Shown here one piece after another: positions 48,096-58,561 of a stretch of 64,000 nucleotides of DNA. Origin of the DNA: Hydrurus foetidus (taxonomy: Eukaryota); NCBI GenBank assembly GCA_900617105.1, contig UYFQ01000260.1:1-64000 (forward strand), in the 5' to 3' direction. The first letter of the stretch is position 1; every line of letters starts with the position of its first letter. A program made the translations under genes and the position numbers. Under the pieces are notes generated by a model that searched no databases, was not told where the DNA came from, and was given only the letters and a program-made list of their open reading frames with translations.

Positions 48096-48112
48096 TTGAG
48101 AACGACTTGCAC
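48096..48112 (-). promoter_or_regulatory. Candidate Fur box (GTGCAAGTCGTTCTCAA on - strand)
   Basis: Resembles the alphaproteobacterial TGC.A.TC.TTCTCA Fur-type inverted repeat, ~45 bp before the PepSY gene. Confidence 0.65.
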
Positions 48113-48174
48113 TTTCAAGTGCTGGTTTGGCCCGTTTTGGCGCGGGCCATCATCGCCGCCACCCCCAAACGCGG

Positions 48175-48210
48175 AAAAGGCCGATCAGGGGCATTGTTTC
48201 CTGATCGACC
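48175..48210 (-). terminator. Minus-strand intrinsic terminator with no upstream minus-strand CDS
   Basis: GGTCGATCAGG-loop-CCTGATCGGCC-TTTT on the - strand. Confidence 0.6.
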
Positions 48211-48444
48211 CGTTCGCCGGGGAACTGGCGGGTTCCCGACCTCATGACCTGAGCGCCTTTGATCCGATGGGCAATCGAGGGTGCGCGCGGGAAACCCGGA
48301 GGCCGCCGCAGCCCGACGATTGGGCGAACCGCTGTCGGGGCCTCGAGACGTGGTCCTGATGGCTCGACAAGTGACGGATAAGGGGTGAAACATCCCGCCT
48401 CTTAACCGCGAGGCGCACGCTTGCGGACTGCATTGGGGTGTTTT

Positions 48445-50368
48445 GTGAGAACGCTGTTCTTTTCCGTTTCGCTGCTGGCCCTGGCCGCCACGACCGCCGT
48501 CGCCCAGACCCTGCCGCAGCCTTCGGCCCCGACCCCGGCCATCGCGGCCGCGCAGGACATTCCCTATCCGGGCACGCTGAAGCTGGTCGACGCCACTGAC
48601 CTGGCGCGCAAGATCTTCGATATCCGCCAGACCATCCCGGTGGCCAAGGCCGGCAAGTTCACGATCCTCTATCCGCAGTGGGTTCCCGGCGGCCACTCGC
48701 CGCGCAACGACATCGACAAGCTGGCGGGCCTGGTGATCACCGCCAACGGCCAGCGCCTGGCCTGGACGCGCGACCCGGTCCAGGTCTTCGCCTTCCACGT
48801 CGAGGTTCCCGAGGGCGTTTCGGAGCTGCAGCTCAGCTACCAGTTCCTGTCGCCGGTCGAGTCCCGCGTCGGCCGTGTGGTGATGACGCCCGACATGCTG
48901 AACCTGCAATGGCTGCAGATGGGCTTCTATCCGGCCGGTTACTACACCCGCCAGATCCCCGTCGAGGCCAGCGTCAAGCTGCCGGAAGGCTTCAAGTTCG
49001 CCTCCGCTCTGGAGGTCGCCAAGACCGAGGGCCAGACCACGACTTTCAAGGTCACGTCGTTCGAGACCCTGGTCGACTCGCCGATGTTCGCCGGCCGCTA
49101 TTTCAAGACGGTCGAGCTGGACCCCACCGGCCCCGCGCCGGTGCGCCTGAACATGGTGGCCGACAAGCCCGAACTGCTGGAGTTCAAGCCCGAGCAGATC
49201 CAGGCCCACAAGGACCTGGTTCAGCAGGCCTACAAGCTCTATGGCAGCCACCACTACGATCACTATGACTTCCTGGTGGCCCTGTCGGACACCCTGGGCG
49301 GCATCGGCCTGGAGCATCACCGCTCCAGCGAGAACCGCGTCGCGCCCAAATATTTCACCGAGTGGGACAAGACCTATGTGGGCCGCGACCTGCTGCCCCA
49401 CGAGTTCACCCACTCGTGGAACGGCAAGTTCCGCCGCGGCGCGGATCTGTGGACCGCCACCCTGAACGAGCCGATGCGCGACAGCCTGATGTGGGTCTAT
49501 GAGGGCCAGACCCAGTATTGGGGCAATGTGCTGTCGGCGCGCTCGAACCTGCACACCAAGCAGCAGAGCCTGGACGCCCTGGCCATGACGGCGGCGCTCT
49601 ATGACAACCGGCGCGGCCGCGACTGGCGCAGCGTGGCCGACACCACCAACGATCCGATCATCGCCATGCGCAAGCCGCTGTCGTGGGTCAGCTACCAGCG
49701 CAGCGAGGACTATTATTCGGAAGGCCAGCTGGTCTGGCTCGACGCCGATACGCTGATCCGCGAGAAGACCGGCGGCAAGAAGTCGCTGGACGACTTCGCC
49801 AAGGCCTTCTTCGGCGTCGACAACGGCTCCTATGTGCCGCGCACCTATACGTTCGAGGATGTGGCCAGCATCGCTGAACGACGTGGTTGCCCACGACTGG
49901 ACCAGTTTCCTGAAGACCCGCATCGAAGGCCTGTCGGAAAAGGCCCCGCTGGATGGCCTGACCCGGGGCGGCTACCGGCTGATCTATACCGAGACCCCGA
50001 CCGATTACTTCAAGACGGCCGAGACGCGCGGCAAGACCACCAACCTGGCCTATTCGCTGGGCCTGACCGTCGCCGCCGCCGGCCTGGTGTCGGATGTGCA
50101 GTGGGCCGGTCCGGCCTTCAAGGCGGGCCTGACCCAGGGCGTGACCCTCGTTGCCGTCAATGGCGAGACCTATGACGCCGACAAGCTGAAGGACGCGATC
50201 AAGGCGGCCGGCAAGCCCGACGGTCAGCTGGTCGAACTGCTGGTCAAGGACGGCGAGCGCTACCGGATGGTCAAGATCGACTGGCGCGGCGGCCTGCGCT
50301 ACCCGCGCCTGGAACGCATCGCCGGAACCCCCGCGCGCCTCGACGATATCCTGGCGGCGCGCAAGTAG
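48445..50368 (+). CDS. M61 family glycyl aminopeptidase with C-terminal PDZ (frameshift ~49870)
   Basis: YPQWVPGGHSP, GLEHHRS, LPHEFTHSWNGKFRR, WVYEGQTQY. Confidence 0.93.
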
Positions 50369-50505
50369 TTCGCGAAAACAAGGGCTTGGTCGCAAGTGTC
50401 GGGAATCCGGCCTTGCGACAATATGTGGAGGTGCTCCTCGCTGCGGTTGGGCGTAGGGTCGCGGTGTTCAGGATCCTCCATCTTCGAACGATCTCCAAAG
50501 TCGAA

Positions 50506-50535
50506 GGGCCCGTCATGCCCAGGCGGGCCCTTTTT
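50506..50535 (+). terminator. Rho-independent terminator
   Basis: GGGCCCGTC-loop-GGCGGGCCC-TTTTT. Confidence 0.8.
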
Positions 50536-50647
50536 CTTGGGCGGCATGCAGGCCGCGCTCCGGCTTGACGACATGCCCACGCCGGGTGACTGATTTGCCC
50601 CCGCAAAGCGCGACCGCAGCGGGATCATTCAGTCGCAGGGGCCTTTC

Positions 50648-52444
50648 ATGTCGAAGTTCGACCGTCGCCAGATCATGATGGGTGCGGCCGCCACCGCGCT
50701 CGCCACCGCGCTTCCGGCCCAGGCCGCTGACGCCCCCAACAGCGCCAAGACCGAGCTCTACAAGCTGTTCGACGCCTTCTTCGACGAAGACCTGTCCGAC
50801 AGCCCCGAACAGGCCACCAATCTGGGCCTCGACACCGGCGCCCACGCCGATGCGCGCGGCAAGCTGGGCGACCGCTCCATCGCCGGCTGGATCAAGGACC
50901 GGGCCCAGCCCGGCCAGCGCGTCCAGCGCCTCAAGGCCATCGACCGCAAGGCGCTCGTCGGCGACGACGCCGTCAACTACGACACCGCCATGTTCCAGTA
51001 CGAGAGCCGCGCGGCGGTCGCGGGCTTCGACTACGGCGCGGTCAGCCGGCCCTATGTGCTGACCCAGTACTACGGGGCCTATTCCTCGACGCCCAGCTTC
51101 CTGGACACCAAGCACAAGGTCGAGTCGGCGGCCGACGCCGAGACCTATCTGTCGCGCATGGCCGCCTTCGCCACGGTGCTGGACCAGGAGAGCGAGCGCT
51201 TCGCCGCCGACGCCGGCAAGGGCGTGATCCCTGCCGACTTCATGCTGGACAAGGCCATCGCCCAACTGGGCAAGTTCCGCGCCCTGCCGGCTGACAAGAA
51301 CGTGCTGGTCGCCTCGCTGGCCCGCCGCGCCAAGCCCTATGGTGACTATGAAGGCAAGGCGACCGCCTTGCTGGCCGGCACTGTGCACCCGGCGCTCGAC
51401 CGCCAGATCGAGGTGCTGAAGGCCGCTCGCGCCAAGGCCACGCACGACGCGGGCCTCAACCGTCTGAAGGACGGCGACGCCTATTACGCGGGCCTGCTGA
51501 AGATCTACACGACCACAGACATGACCGCCGACCAGGTCCACCGCCTGGGCCTGGAGGAGGGCGCCGAGATCAGCGCCAAGATGGACGCCATTCTCAAGAA
51601 GCGCGGCCTGACCCAGGGCAGCGTCGGCGCGCGGGTGGCCTCGCTGAACACCGACCCGACCCAGACCTATCCCAATACCGACGAAGGCCGCGCCCAGATG
51701 CTGGCCTATTGCAACAAGCTGATCGCCGACCTGCAGCCCAAGCTGCCGCAATGGTTCGGCGTCACGCCCAAGACCCCGGTCGAGGTGCGGCGCATCCCGG
51801 CCTATACCGAGGCCGGCGCGGCGGGCGGCTATTACGAGCGGCCGGCCCTGGACGGTTCGCGGCCGGGCGCCTTTTACATCAACCTGCGCGACACGGCTGA
51901 TCGGCCGCGCTGGTCGCTGCCGACCCTGACCTATCACGAGGCCGCGCCGGGCCATCACTTCCAGCTGGCCCTGGTGGCGGAGAGCAGCCTGCCGCGCCTG
52001 CGCCAGAACATGGGCTTCTCGGCTAATACCGAGGGCTGGGCGCTGTATGCTGAGCAGGTGGCCATGGAAATGGGCGTCTATGACGACGACGAGCTGGGCC
52101 TGCTGGGCATGTACCAGGCCCGGCTGTTCCGCGCCGCCCGCTGCGTGGTCGACACCGGCATCCACACCAAGGGCTGGAGCCGCGAGAGGGCCATCGCCTA
52201 CATGATGGAGACCGGCGGCGAGCCGGAGGGCCGGATCACCAGCGAGGTCGAACGCTACTGCGCCAATCCCGGCCAGGCCTGCTCCTACAAGGTCGGCCAC
52301 ACGGTCTGGGCCAAGGCCCGCGAGCGGGCGAAGGCGCGGTTGGGCGGCAAGTTCGACATCCGGCGCTTTCACGACGCCGGGCTGCTGGTCGGGCCGGTGC
52401 CGCTGACGGTGCTGGACCGGGTGCTGGACGGGTGGCAGGGGTGA
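50648..52444 (+). CDS. DUF885 family protein with Tat signal
   Basis: DRRQIM Tat motif; [38 protein letters not shown]. Confidence 0.93.
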   Translation: MSKFDRRQIMMGAAATALATALPAQAADAPNSAKTELYKLFDAFFDEDLSDSPEQATNLGLDTGAHADARGKLGDRSIAGWIKDRAQPGQRVQRLKAIDRKALVGDDAVNYDTAMFQYESRAAVAGFDYGAVSRPYVLTQYYGAYSSTPSFLDTKHKVESAADAETYLSRMAAFATVLDQESERFAADAGKGVIPADFMLDKAIAQLGKFRALPADKNVLVASLARRAKPYGDYEGKATALLAGTVHPALDRQIEVLKAARAKATHDAGLNRLKDGDAYYAGLLKIYTTTDMTADQVHRLGLEEGAEISAKMDAILKKRGLTQGSVGARVASLNTDPTQTYPNTDEGRAQMLAYCNKLIADLQPKLPQWFGVTPKTPVEVRRIPAYTEAGAAGGYYERPALDGSRPGAFYINLRDTADRPRWSLPTLTYHEAAPGHHFQLALVAESSLPRLRQNMGFSANTEGWALYAEQVAMEMGVYDDDELGLLGMYQARLFRAARCVVDTGIHTKGWSRERAIAYMMETGGEPEGRITSEVERYCANPGQACSYKVGHTVWAKARERAKARLGGKFDIRRFHDAGLLVGPVPLTVLDRVLDGWQG

Positions 52445-52455
52445 TCGCCCTTCAT

Positions 52456-52603
52456 CCTCTCCCAGAGGGAGAGGAGGGGCCCGCCGCGTAGCGGTGGGAG
52501 CGTGAGGGGTTACACCAATCGCGTGCCGGCACTCCGGGTGGCCGCGTGGCCTCACCCTCCCACCGCTTCGGGCAGCCCCGCCCCTCTCCTCTGGGAGAGA
52601 GGG
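52456..52603. repeat. Palindromic intergenic repeat family B
   Basis: Inverted homolog of 41405-41554. Confidence 0.85.
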
Positions 52604-52612
52604 TTGAATGAA

Positions 52613-52652
52613 TGAGACCGGTACCATTCTTTTCTTGAGTGGTCTGACAACC
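52613..52652. promoter_or_regulatory. XylR-like site TGAGACCGGTACCA (52613-52626) plus FadR-like site AGTGGTCTGACAACC (52638-52652)
   Basis: Match to the palindromes at 41366 and 61971 respectively; upstream of GH3. Confidence 0.6.
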
Positions 52653-52723
52653 TCCCCCATAGTGACCATCAAGGTGGCTCCAGGCCGCCAGCCAACGACG
52701 CGACCTCCGGGGAAACGAACCAG

Positions 52724-55135
52724 ATGACCCAAGCCATCACCCGCCGCCTGTTCGGCGCGAGTCTCGCCGCCATCGCCGCCGCGACCGCACCCGGCCTGTC
52801 ATTCGCCGCCCCCAAGGCCGGTGAAAAGCCGCTCTACAAGGACCCGACCCAGAGCGTCGACGCCCGGGTCAAGGACCTGCTGGGCCGCATGACGGTCGAG
52901 GAGAAGGCCGCCCAGCTGATCGGCATCTGGCTGACCAAGGCCGCCATCCAGACGCCTGAGGGCGAGTTCTCGGCTGAGGCGGCCGGCAAGAGCTTCCCCA
53001 ACGGTCTGGGCCAGATCTCGCGTCCGACCGACCGCCGGGGTCTGAAACCCGCCGTCGTGGTCGACGCCGCCGCCGGGGCCGAGGACGGCACCAAGGGCCG
53101 CAACGCGCGCGACACCGCCCGCTACACCAACGCCGCCCAGAAGTGGTCGATGGAGAACACCCGCCTGGGCATCCCCATGCTGATGCATGACGAAGCCCTG
53201 CACGGCTATGTGGCCCGCGACGCCACCAGCTATCCGCAGGCCATCGCCCTGGCCTCCAGCTTCGATACCGAGTTGGTGGAAAAGGTGTTCTCGATGGCCG
53301 CAAAGGAGATGCGCGCCCGCGGCTCCAACATGGCCCTGGCTCCGGTGGTTGACGTGGCCCGCGACCCGCGCTGGGGGCGGATCGAGGAGACCTATGGCGA
53401 GGACCCGCACCTGTGCGCCGAGATCGGCCTGGCCGCCATTCGCGGCTTCCAGGGCAAGACCCTGCCGCTGGCCAAGGACAAGGTGTTCGTCACCCTCAAG
53501 CACATGACCGGCCACGGCCAGCCCGAGAACGGCACCAATGTCGGCCCGGCCCAGATCGCCGAGCGCACCCTGCGCGAGAACTTCTTCCCGCCGTTCGAAC
53601 GGGCGGTGAAGGAGCTGCCGGTCCGGTCGGTGATGCCGTCCTACAATGAGATCGACGGGGTGCCCTCGCACGCCAGCCACTGGCTGCTGACCGACATCCT
53701 GCGCACCGAGTGGGGCTATCAGGGCTCGGTCCAGAGCGACTATTTCGCGATCAAGGAACTGGCCAACCGTCACAAGATGACCGACAGCCTGGCCGACACC
53801 GCCGTGATGGCGCTCAAGGCCGGCGTCGATGTCGAACTGCCCGACGGCGAGGCCTATGCCCTGCTGCCGCAACTGGTGAAGGAAGGCCGCGTCTCGCTGG
53901 CCCAGGTCGACGCCGCCGTCGCCCGGGTGCTGAAGATGAAGTTCGAGGGCGGCTTCTTCGAAAACCCCTATGCCGACGAGAAGACCGCCGAGGCCAAGAA
54001 CAACACGGCTGAGGCCATTGCCCTGGCTCGCGAAGCCGCCCGCAAGTCGGTGGTGCTGCTGAAGAACGACAAGGGCCTGCTGCCGCTGAACGGCAAGGCG
54101 ATCAAGCGCCTGGCGCTGCTGGGCACCCACGCCCGCGACACCCCGATCGGCGGCTATTCCGACGAGCCCAGGCACGTGGTCTCGCTGCTGGAAGGCCTGA
54201 CCGCCGAGGCCAAGGCGGCCGGCTTCCGGCTGGACTATGCCGAAGCCGTCCGCATCACAGAGCGCCGCGTCTGGGCCGCCGACGAGGTCAAGCTGGTGGA
54301 CCCGGCCGTCAACGCCAGGCTGATCGCCGAAGCCGTCGAGGTGGCCAGGAACGCCGACGTGGTGGTCATGGTGCTGGGCGACAACGAGCAGACCAGCCGC
54401 GAGGCCTGGGCCGACAACCATCTGGGCGACCGCAACGACCTGGACCTGATCGGCCAGCAGAACGACCTGGCCAAGGCGATCTTCGACCTGGGCAAGCCGA
54501 CCGTGGTCTTCCTGCTCAACGGCCGTCCGCTGTCGATCAACCTGCTGGCGCAGCGCGCCGACGCCATCATCGAGGGCTGGTACCTGGGCGAGCAGACCGG
54601 AACCGCCGGCGCCGACATCCTGTTTGGCCGCGCCAATCCGGGCGGCAAGCTGCCGGTCAGCATCGCCCGCAATGTCGGCCAGCTGCCGATCTACTACAAC
54701 CGCAAGCCCACCTCGCGCCGGGGCTATCTGTTCGACGAGAAGACCAGCCCGCTCTATCCGTTCGGCTTTGGTCTCTCCTACACCAGCTTCGACATCTCGG
54801 CCCCGCGCCTGGCCAAGGCCAGCATCGCCCAGGGCGAGACAGCGACCGTCGAGGTCGATGTGACCAACACCGGCAAGCTGGCCGGCGACGAGGTGGTGCA
54901 GCTCTACATCCACGATGTGGCCGCGTCGGTGACCCGTCCGCTGCTCGAGCTGAAGCACTTCAAGCGCGTCACCCTAGCGGCCGGCGCCAAGACCACTGTG
55001 ACCTTCCAGATCGCGCCTTCGGACCTGTGGTTCTGGAACCTGGAGATGAAGCGCGTGGTCGAGCCGGGCGCCTTCGAGATCATGGTCGGGCCCAACTCGG
55101 TGGACCTGAAGAAGACGACACTGACGGTGGTCTGA
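52724..55135 (+). CDS. GH3 beta-xylosidase/glucosidase with Tat signal
   Basis: TRRLF; TRLGIP..DEALHG; RDPRWGRIEETYGEDP; KH; SDY; PFGFGLSYT; Fn3-like C-terminus. Confidence 0.95.
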   Translation: MTQAITRRLFGASLAAIAAATAPGLSFAAPKAGEKPLYKDPTQSVDARVKDLLGRMTVEEKAAQLIGIWLTKAAIQTPEGEFSAEAAGKSFPNGLGQISRPTDRRGLKPAVVVDAAAGAEDGTKGRNARDTARYTNAAQKWSMENTRLGIPMLMHDEALHGYVARDATSYPQAIALASSFDTELVEKVFSMAAKEMRARGSNMALAPVVDVARDPRWGRIEETYGEDPHLCAEIGLAAIRGFQGKTLPLAKDKVFVTLKHMTGHGQPENGTNVGPAQIAERTLRENFFPPFERAVKELPVRSVMPSYNEIDGVPSHASHWLLTDILRTEWGYQGSVQSDYFAIKELANRHKMTDSLADTAVMALKAGVDVELPDGEAYALLPQLVKEGRVSLAQVDAAVARVLKMKFEGGFFENPYADEKTAEAKNNTAEAIALAREAARKSVVLLKNDKGLLPLNGKAIKRLALLGTHARDTPIGGYSDEPRHVVSLLEGLTAEAKAAGFRLDYAEAVRITERRVWAADEVKLVDPAVNARLIAEAVEVARNADVVVMVLGDNEQTSREAWADNHLGDRNDLDLIGQQNDLAKAIFDLGKPTVVFLLNGRPLSINLLAQRADAIIEGWYLGEQTGTAGADILFGRANPGGKLPVSIARNVGQLPIYYNRKPTSRRGYLFDEKTSPLYPFGFGLSYTSFDISAPRLAKASIAQGETATVEVDVTNTGKLAGDEVVQLYIHDVAASVTRPLLELKHFKRVTLAAGAKTTVTFQIAPSDLWFWNLEMKRVVEPGAFEIMVGPNSVDLKKTTLTVV

Positions 55136-55237
55136 GGCAGGGCCAACCGGCAACACGATCCGCTCTCTCCGGCTTTCGCCGGGGAGAGCGGAGACTATGG
55201 GATCCGTCCGGGAAAGGACGGACTGGGGAGTAACACC

Positions 55238-57157
55238 ATGCGCCGCCTGATCTCGGGCTTGAGCCTCGCCGCCCTGCTGACCGGCCCCGCCGCCGCCCAG
55301 GACCTCCTCAACGCCCTGTTCGCCGACCATGCGGTGGTGCAGCGCGACAGGCCGCTGCCGGTGTTCGGAACCGCCAGGCCGGGTGAGATCGTCACCGTCG
55401 CCTTCGCCGGCAAGACCGCCAGCGCCACGGCCGGCCCCGAAGGCGCCTGGCGCCTGGACCTGCCCGCGACCCCGGCCGGCGGCCCCTACGACCTGACCGC
55501 CACCACGACGTCGAAAACCCAGACCGTCCGCGACGTGCTGGCCGGCGATGTCTGGCTGTGCTCGGGCCAGTCGAACATGGAGATGCAGGTCCAGGCCTCC
55601 GGTGACGCCTGGAACCAGATCAACAACGGCGCGCCCAACGACGCCATCCGCATGGTGACCATCGAAAAGGCCGACGGCCGCGCGCCGAAAGCCAACTTCG
55701 CCAGGCCGCCGGTCTGGAAGCCCACGACCAAGGACACGGTGGGCTCATTCTCGGCCAGCTGCTTCTATTTCGCCCGCGAGCTGCAGAAGACCCGCAATGT
55801 CCCGCTGGGTCTGATCCACGCCTCATGGGGCGGATCGGGGATTGAAGCCTGGATGACGCCGGCGGCGCTGCGCAAGGTCGGCGGCTATGACGAAGCCATC
55901 GACACCCTGAACCTGTCCCTGAAGGACCCCGCCGCCGCCAACCGCCGCTGGGGCGAGACGATCAAGGCCTGGTGGGCGCCCAAGCATCCGGGCGAGGCCG
56001 CGATCGCGCCCTGGACGGGCGCGGCGCCTGCCGAAGCGCCCAGGGACCTTGGGATCTGGGAACGCTGGGGCGTCGCCGAGCTGGCGGCCTTCAACGGCGT
56101 GGTCTGGTTCAAGACTGAGGTCACGCTGACCGCCGCCCAGGCCAAGCAGCCCGCGACCCTGAACCTCGGCCAGGTCGACGAGATGGATGCGACCTATCTG
56201 AACGGCGCGGGTGTCGGCGCGACCTCGGGCGCGTGGCTGGAGCGGTCCTATCCGCTGACCGCCGGCGCCTTGAAGGCGGGCCGGAACACCATCGTCGTCT
56301 CGGCCTACGACACCTATGCCAATGGCGGAATGTATGGAGATCCCTCGAAAAGGGCGTTGGTGCTGGCCGACGGGACGCGCCTGCCGCTGAACGCCTGGAC
56401 CTACCGTATCGAGCCCCGGGTCGGCGCCGATCCGCCCCGCGCGCCGTGGGACACCCTGGCCGGGGTCTCGACCCTTTATAACGGCATGCTCGCGCCGATG
56501 GGACCTTACGCCTATTCGGGACTGGCCTGGTATCAGGGCGAGACCAATGTGGGCCGCGACCAGACCTATGCGGCCCTGCAGACGGCCTTCGTCGCCGAGC
56601 GCCGCGCGGGCATGGCGCCGGACATGCCGGTCGTTATCGCCCAGTTGGCCAGCTATGGCGCGTTCGCGACAACGCCGGGCGCCTTCGGCACGGCGGCCCT
56701 GCGCGAGGCCCAGCGTCGGGCCGTCGTCGCCGATCCGCAGGCGGGTCTGGCCGTGACCACCGACATCGGCGACCCCTTCGACATCCACCCCGCCAACAAG
56801 CAGGAGGTCGGCGCCGCCTGGCCTGGCCGCCCGCCGCATCGCCGGCGAGGCTGTGACCACGGGCCCTCGCCGGTCTCGGCCAAGCGGGTCGGCGACACGG
56901 TCGTCGTCGGCTTCGACCAGATCGGCGGGGCCCTGGTCTCGCGCGGTTCGGACCGGGTGATTGGCTTCGAGCTTTGCGACGCCGCCAAGGCCTGCCGCTG
57001 GGCCGACGCCCGGATCGATGGGGCGAGCGTGGTGCTGACCGTTCCGGCCGGTACTGCGGCCGCCAAGGTGCGGTTCGCCTGGGCCGACAGCCCGGCGTTC
57101 AACCTCTTCGACAGCGCGGGCCTGCCGGCCGTGCCGTTCGAGATGGATGTGAACTGA
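55238..57157 (+). CDS. Sialate O-acetylesterase-like (SASA) carbohydrate esterase
   Basis: GDVWLCSGQSNME, SWGGSGIEAW, WYQGETN, DIHPANKQEVG. Confidence 0.92.
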   Translation: MRRLISGLSLAALLTGPAAAQDLLNALFADHAVVQRDRPLPVFGTARPGEIVTVAFAGKTASATAGPEGAWRLDLPATPAGGPYDLTATTTSKTQTVRDVLAGDVWLCSGQSNMEMQVQASGDAWNQINNGAPNDAIRMVTIEKADGRAPKANFARPPVWKPTTKDTVGSFSASCFYFARELQKTRNVPLGLIHASWGGSGIEAWMTPAALRKVGGYDEAIDTLNLSLKDPAAANRRWGETIKAWWAPKHPGEAAIAPWTGAAPAEAPRDLGIWERWGVAELAAFNGVVWFKTEVTLTAAQAKQPATLNLGQVDEMDATYLNGAGVGATSGAWLERSYPLTAGALKAGRNTIVVSAYDTYANGGMYGDPSKRALVLADGTRLPLNAWTYRIEPRVGADPPRAPWDTLAGVSTLYNGMLAPMGPYAYSGLAWYQGETNVGRDQTYAALQTAFVAERRAGMAPDMPVVIAQLASYGAFATTPGAFGTAALREAQRRAVVADPQAGLAVTTDIGDPFDIHPANKQEVGAAWPGRPPHRRRGCDHGPSPVSAKRVGDTVVVGFDQIGGALVSRGSDRVIGFELCDAAKACRWADARIDGASVVLTVPAGTAAAKVRFAWADSPAFNLFDSAGLPAVPFEMDVN

Positions 57158-57286
57158 GCCTTGTTGCCGCTCTCCCCCGACCGCCGCCGGCGGCCGGGGG
57201 CAGGCCGCTGTCTGGGGCCGGCGGAAAGCCTGCGGCGGTAGAGGCGGTCGGCCTGCGAGACCGCCGACGGGCTGGACGCCCAGGCG

Positions 57287-58561
57287 TCAGGTCTTCTCGC
57301 AGGACGGCAGTTTGAACAGGCAGGCGGCGCTTTTCCATTTCGGGGCGAAACGCGAGAGGTCCACCGAGATCGCGAAGGTGTCGTCATGGCCGCCTGCGTT
57401 CAGCTTTGTTCGTGTCCAGACCACGTTGAGTGGAATGCCGGACACGTCGAAGGGGGTGCGGACCAGGGCGCCATATCCCCAGTTCCTGGCGTCGCTCCGC
57501 TGGCGATAGGCGGCGACGGCCGAGATCCCCATCTCGTTGGCGCGCGCATAGGACTTGCGATCGTAGTCCCAGCGGCTCCAGCCAACGACCTCGACGACGT
57601 TGACGATCGTGTCGGCGCCCTGGACATCCTTGAGCGCCAGGCCCGGCGAGGGGTGCAGCAGCGTCAAGGCGTGGCCGGGCGGCTCCTGCCAGCCCTCGGT
57701 GTCGGGGCGTTGGCTGGCATACAGGACACTGTTCACCGCCAGCTCCCAGGGCAGTTGCGCGCGCCCTGGCCCCTCCGAAGTGATAGGCGTCCCATCGACC
57801 AACCAGGCCTTCGAGCCGCGTGATGGCGGTGTCGAAATTGTCGCGCGTGGCGACCATGAAGCCGCGCTCGAGGGCGTCAAACAGCGGCCAGAGGGAAATG
57901 ACGCGCGCGACTTCCTCTTCGCAGGTCGCGCAGGGCGTATTGGCGGCCAGCACATCGGCCTCGATGTCGCTGTAGGGCGTCTCGGCCTGCACACGTCTGG
58001 CCAGCGGGGTGTCGGGGGCCGACGCGTCGAGCACCAGCCGCGTCAGACTGACCCCAACGCCGGGCTTGACGCCGAAGCTGCCGTTCTCGGGCTTCCACCA
58101 ATAGGCGTTGGCCCGGCTGTAGTGATCCTCTGGAATGAGGCGGATGGCCTCCGTCTTGCCAAGCTTGAACAGCTGCAGTTCGCCGTGCCGAGCCTCGGCG
58201 GCCAGCAGGCCGCGGCAGGAGGGCTTTTCGGACTGGGGCGCGCAGCCATAGGCGATACGCGTTTCGGCCAGGCCCTGTTCAATGGCGTTCAGCATGGCTT
58301 CGAAGGTCGGCGAAGGCTCCGGCAGTGTCAGGGCGCGCATTTGCCGCCCAGTTCGCCGGCCTCATCCCGCAGCGCCTGGACGGCCTGATTGGCGCTGGGC
58401 GTCGAGGGCAGGGCCGTAAAGGCGCCCGAAAGGCAGGTCTCCCGCGCCTTGCTCAGAACCGCACCGGTAAAGGCGGCGGGTTCGGCGAAGGCCGACGGCG
58501 CCAGACCGGCAAGGGCCAGGCTGGCGACCAGCAGCAGGCGGGTCACAGACGACCGGATCAT
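57287..58561 (-). CDS. Exported hypothetical protein, Cys-containing, beta-rich C-terminus (two frameshifts)
   Basis: Signal peptide MIRSS..PSAFA; joined from ORFs 58328-59026, 57384-58340 and 57287-57994; ATGA overlap with the upstream gene. Confidence 0.7.
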
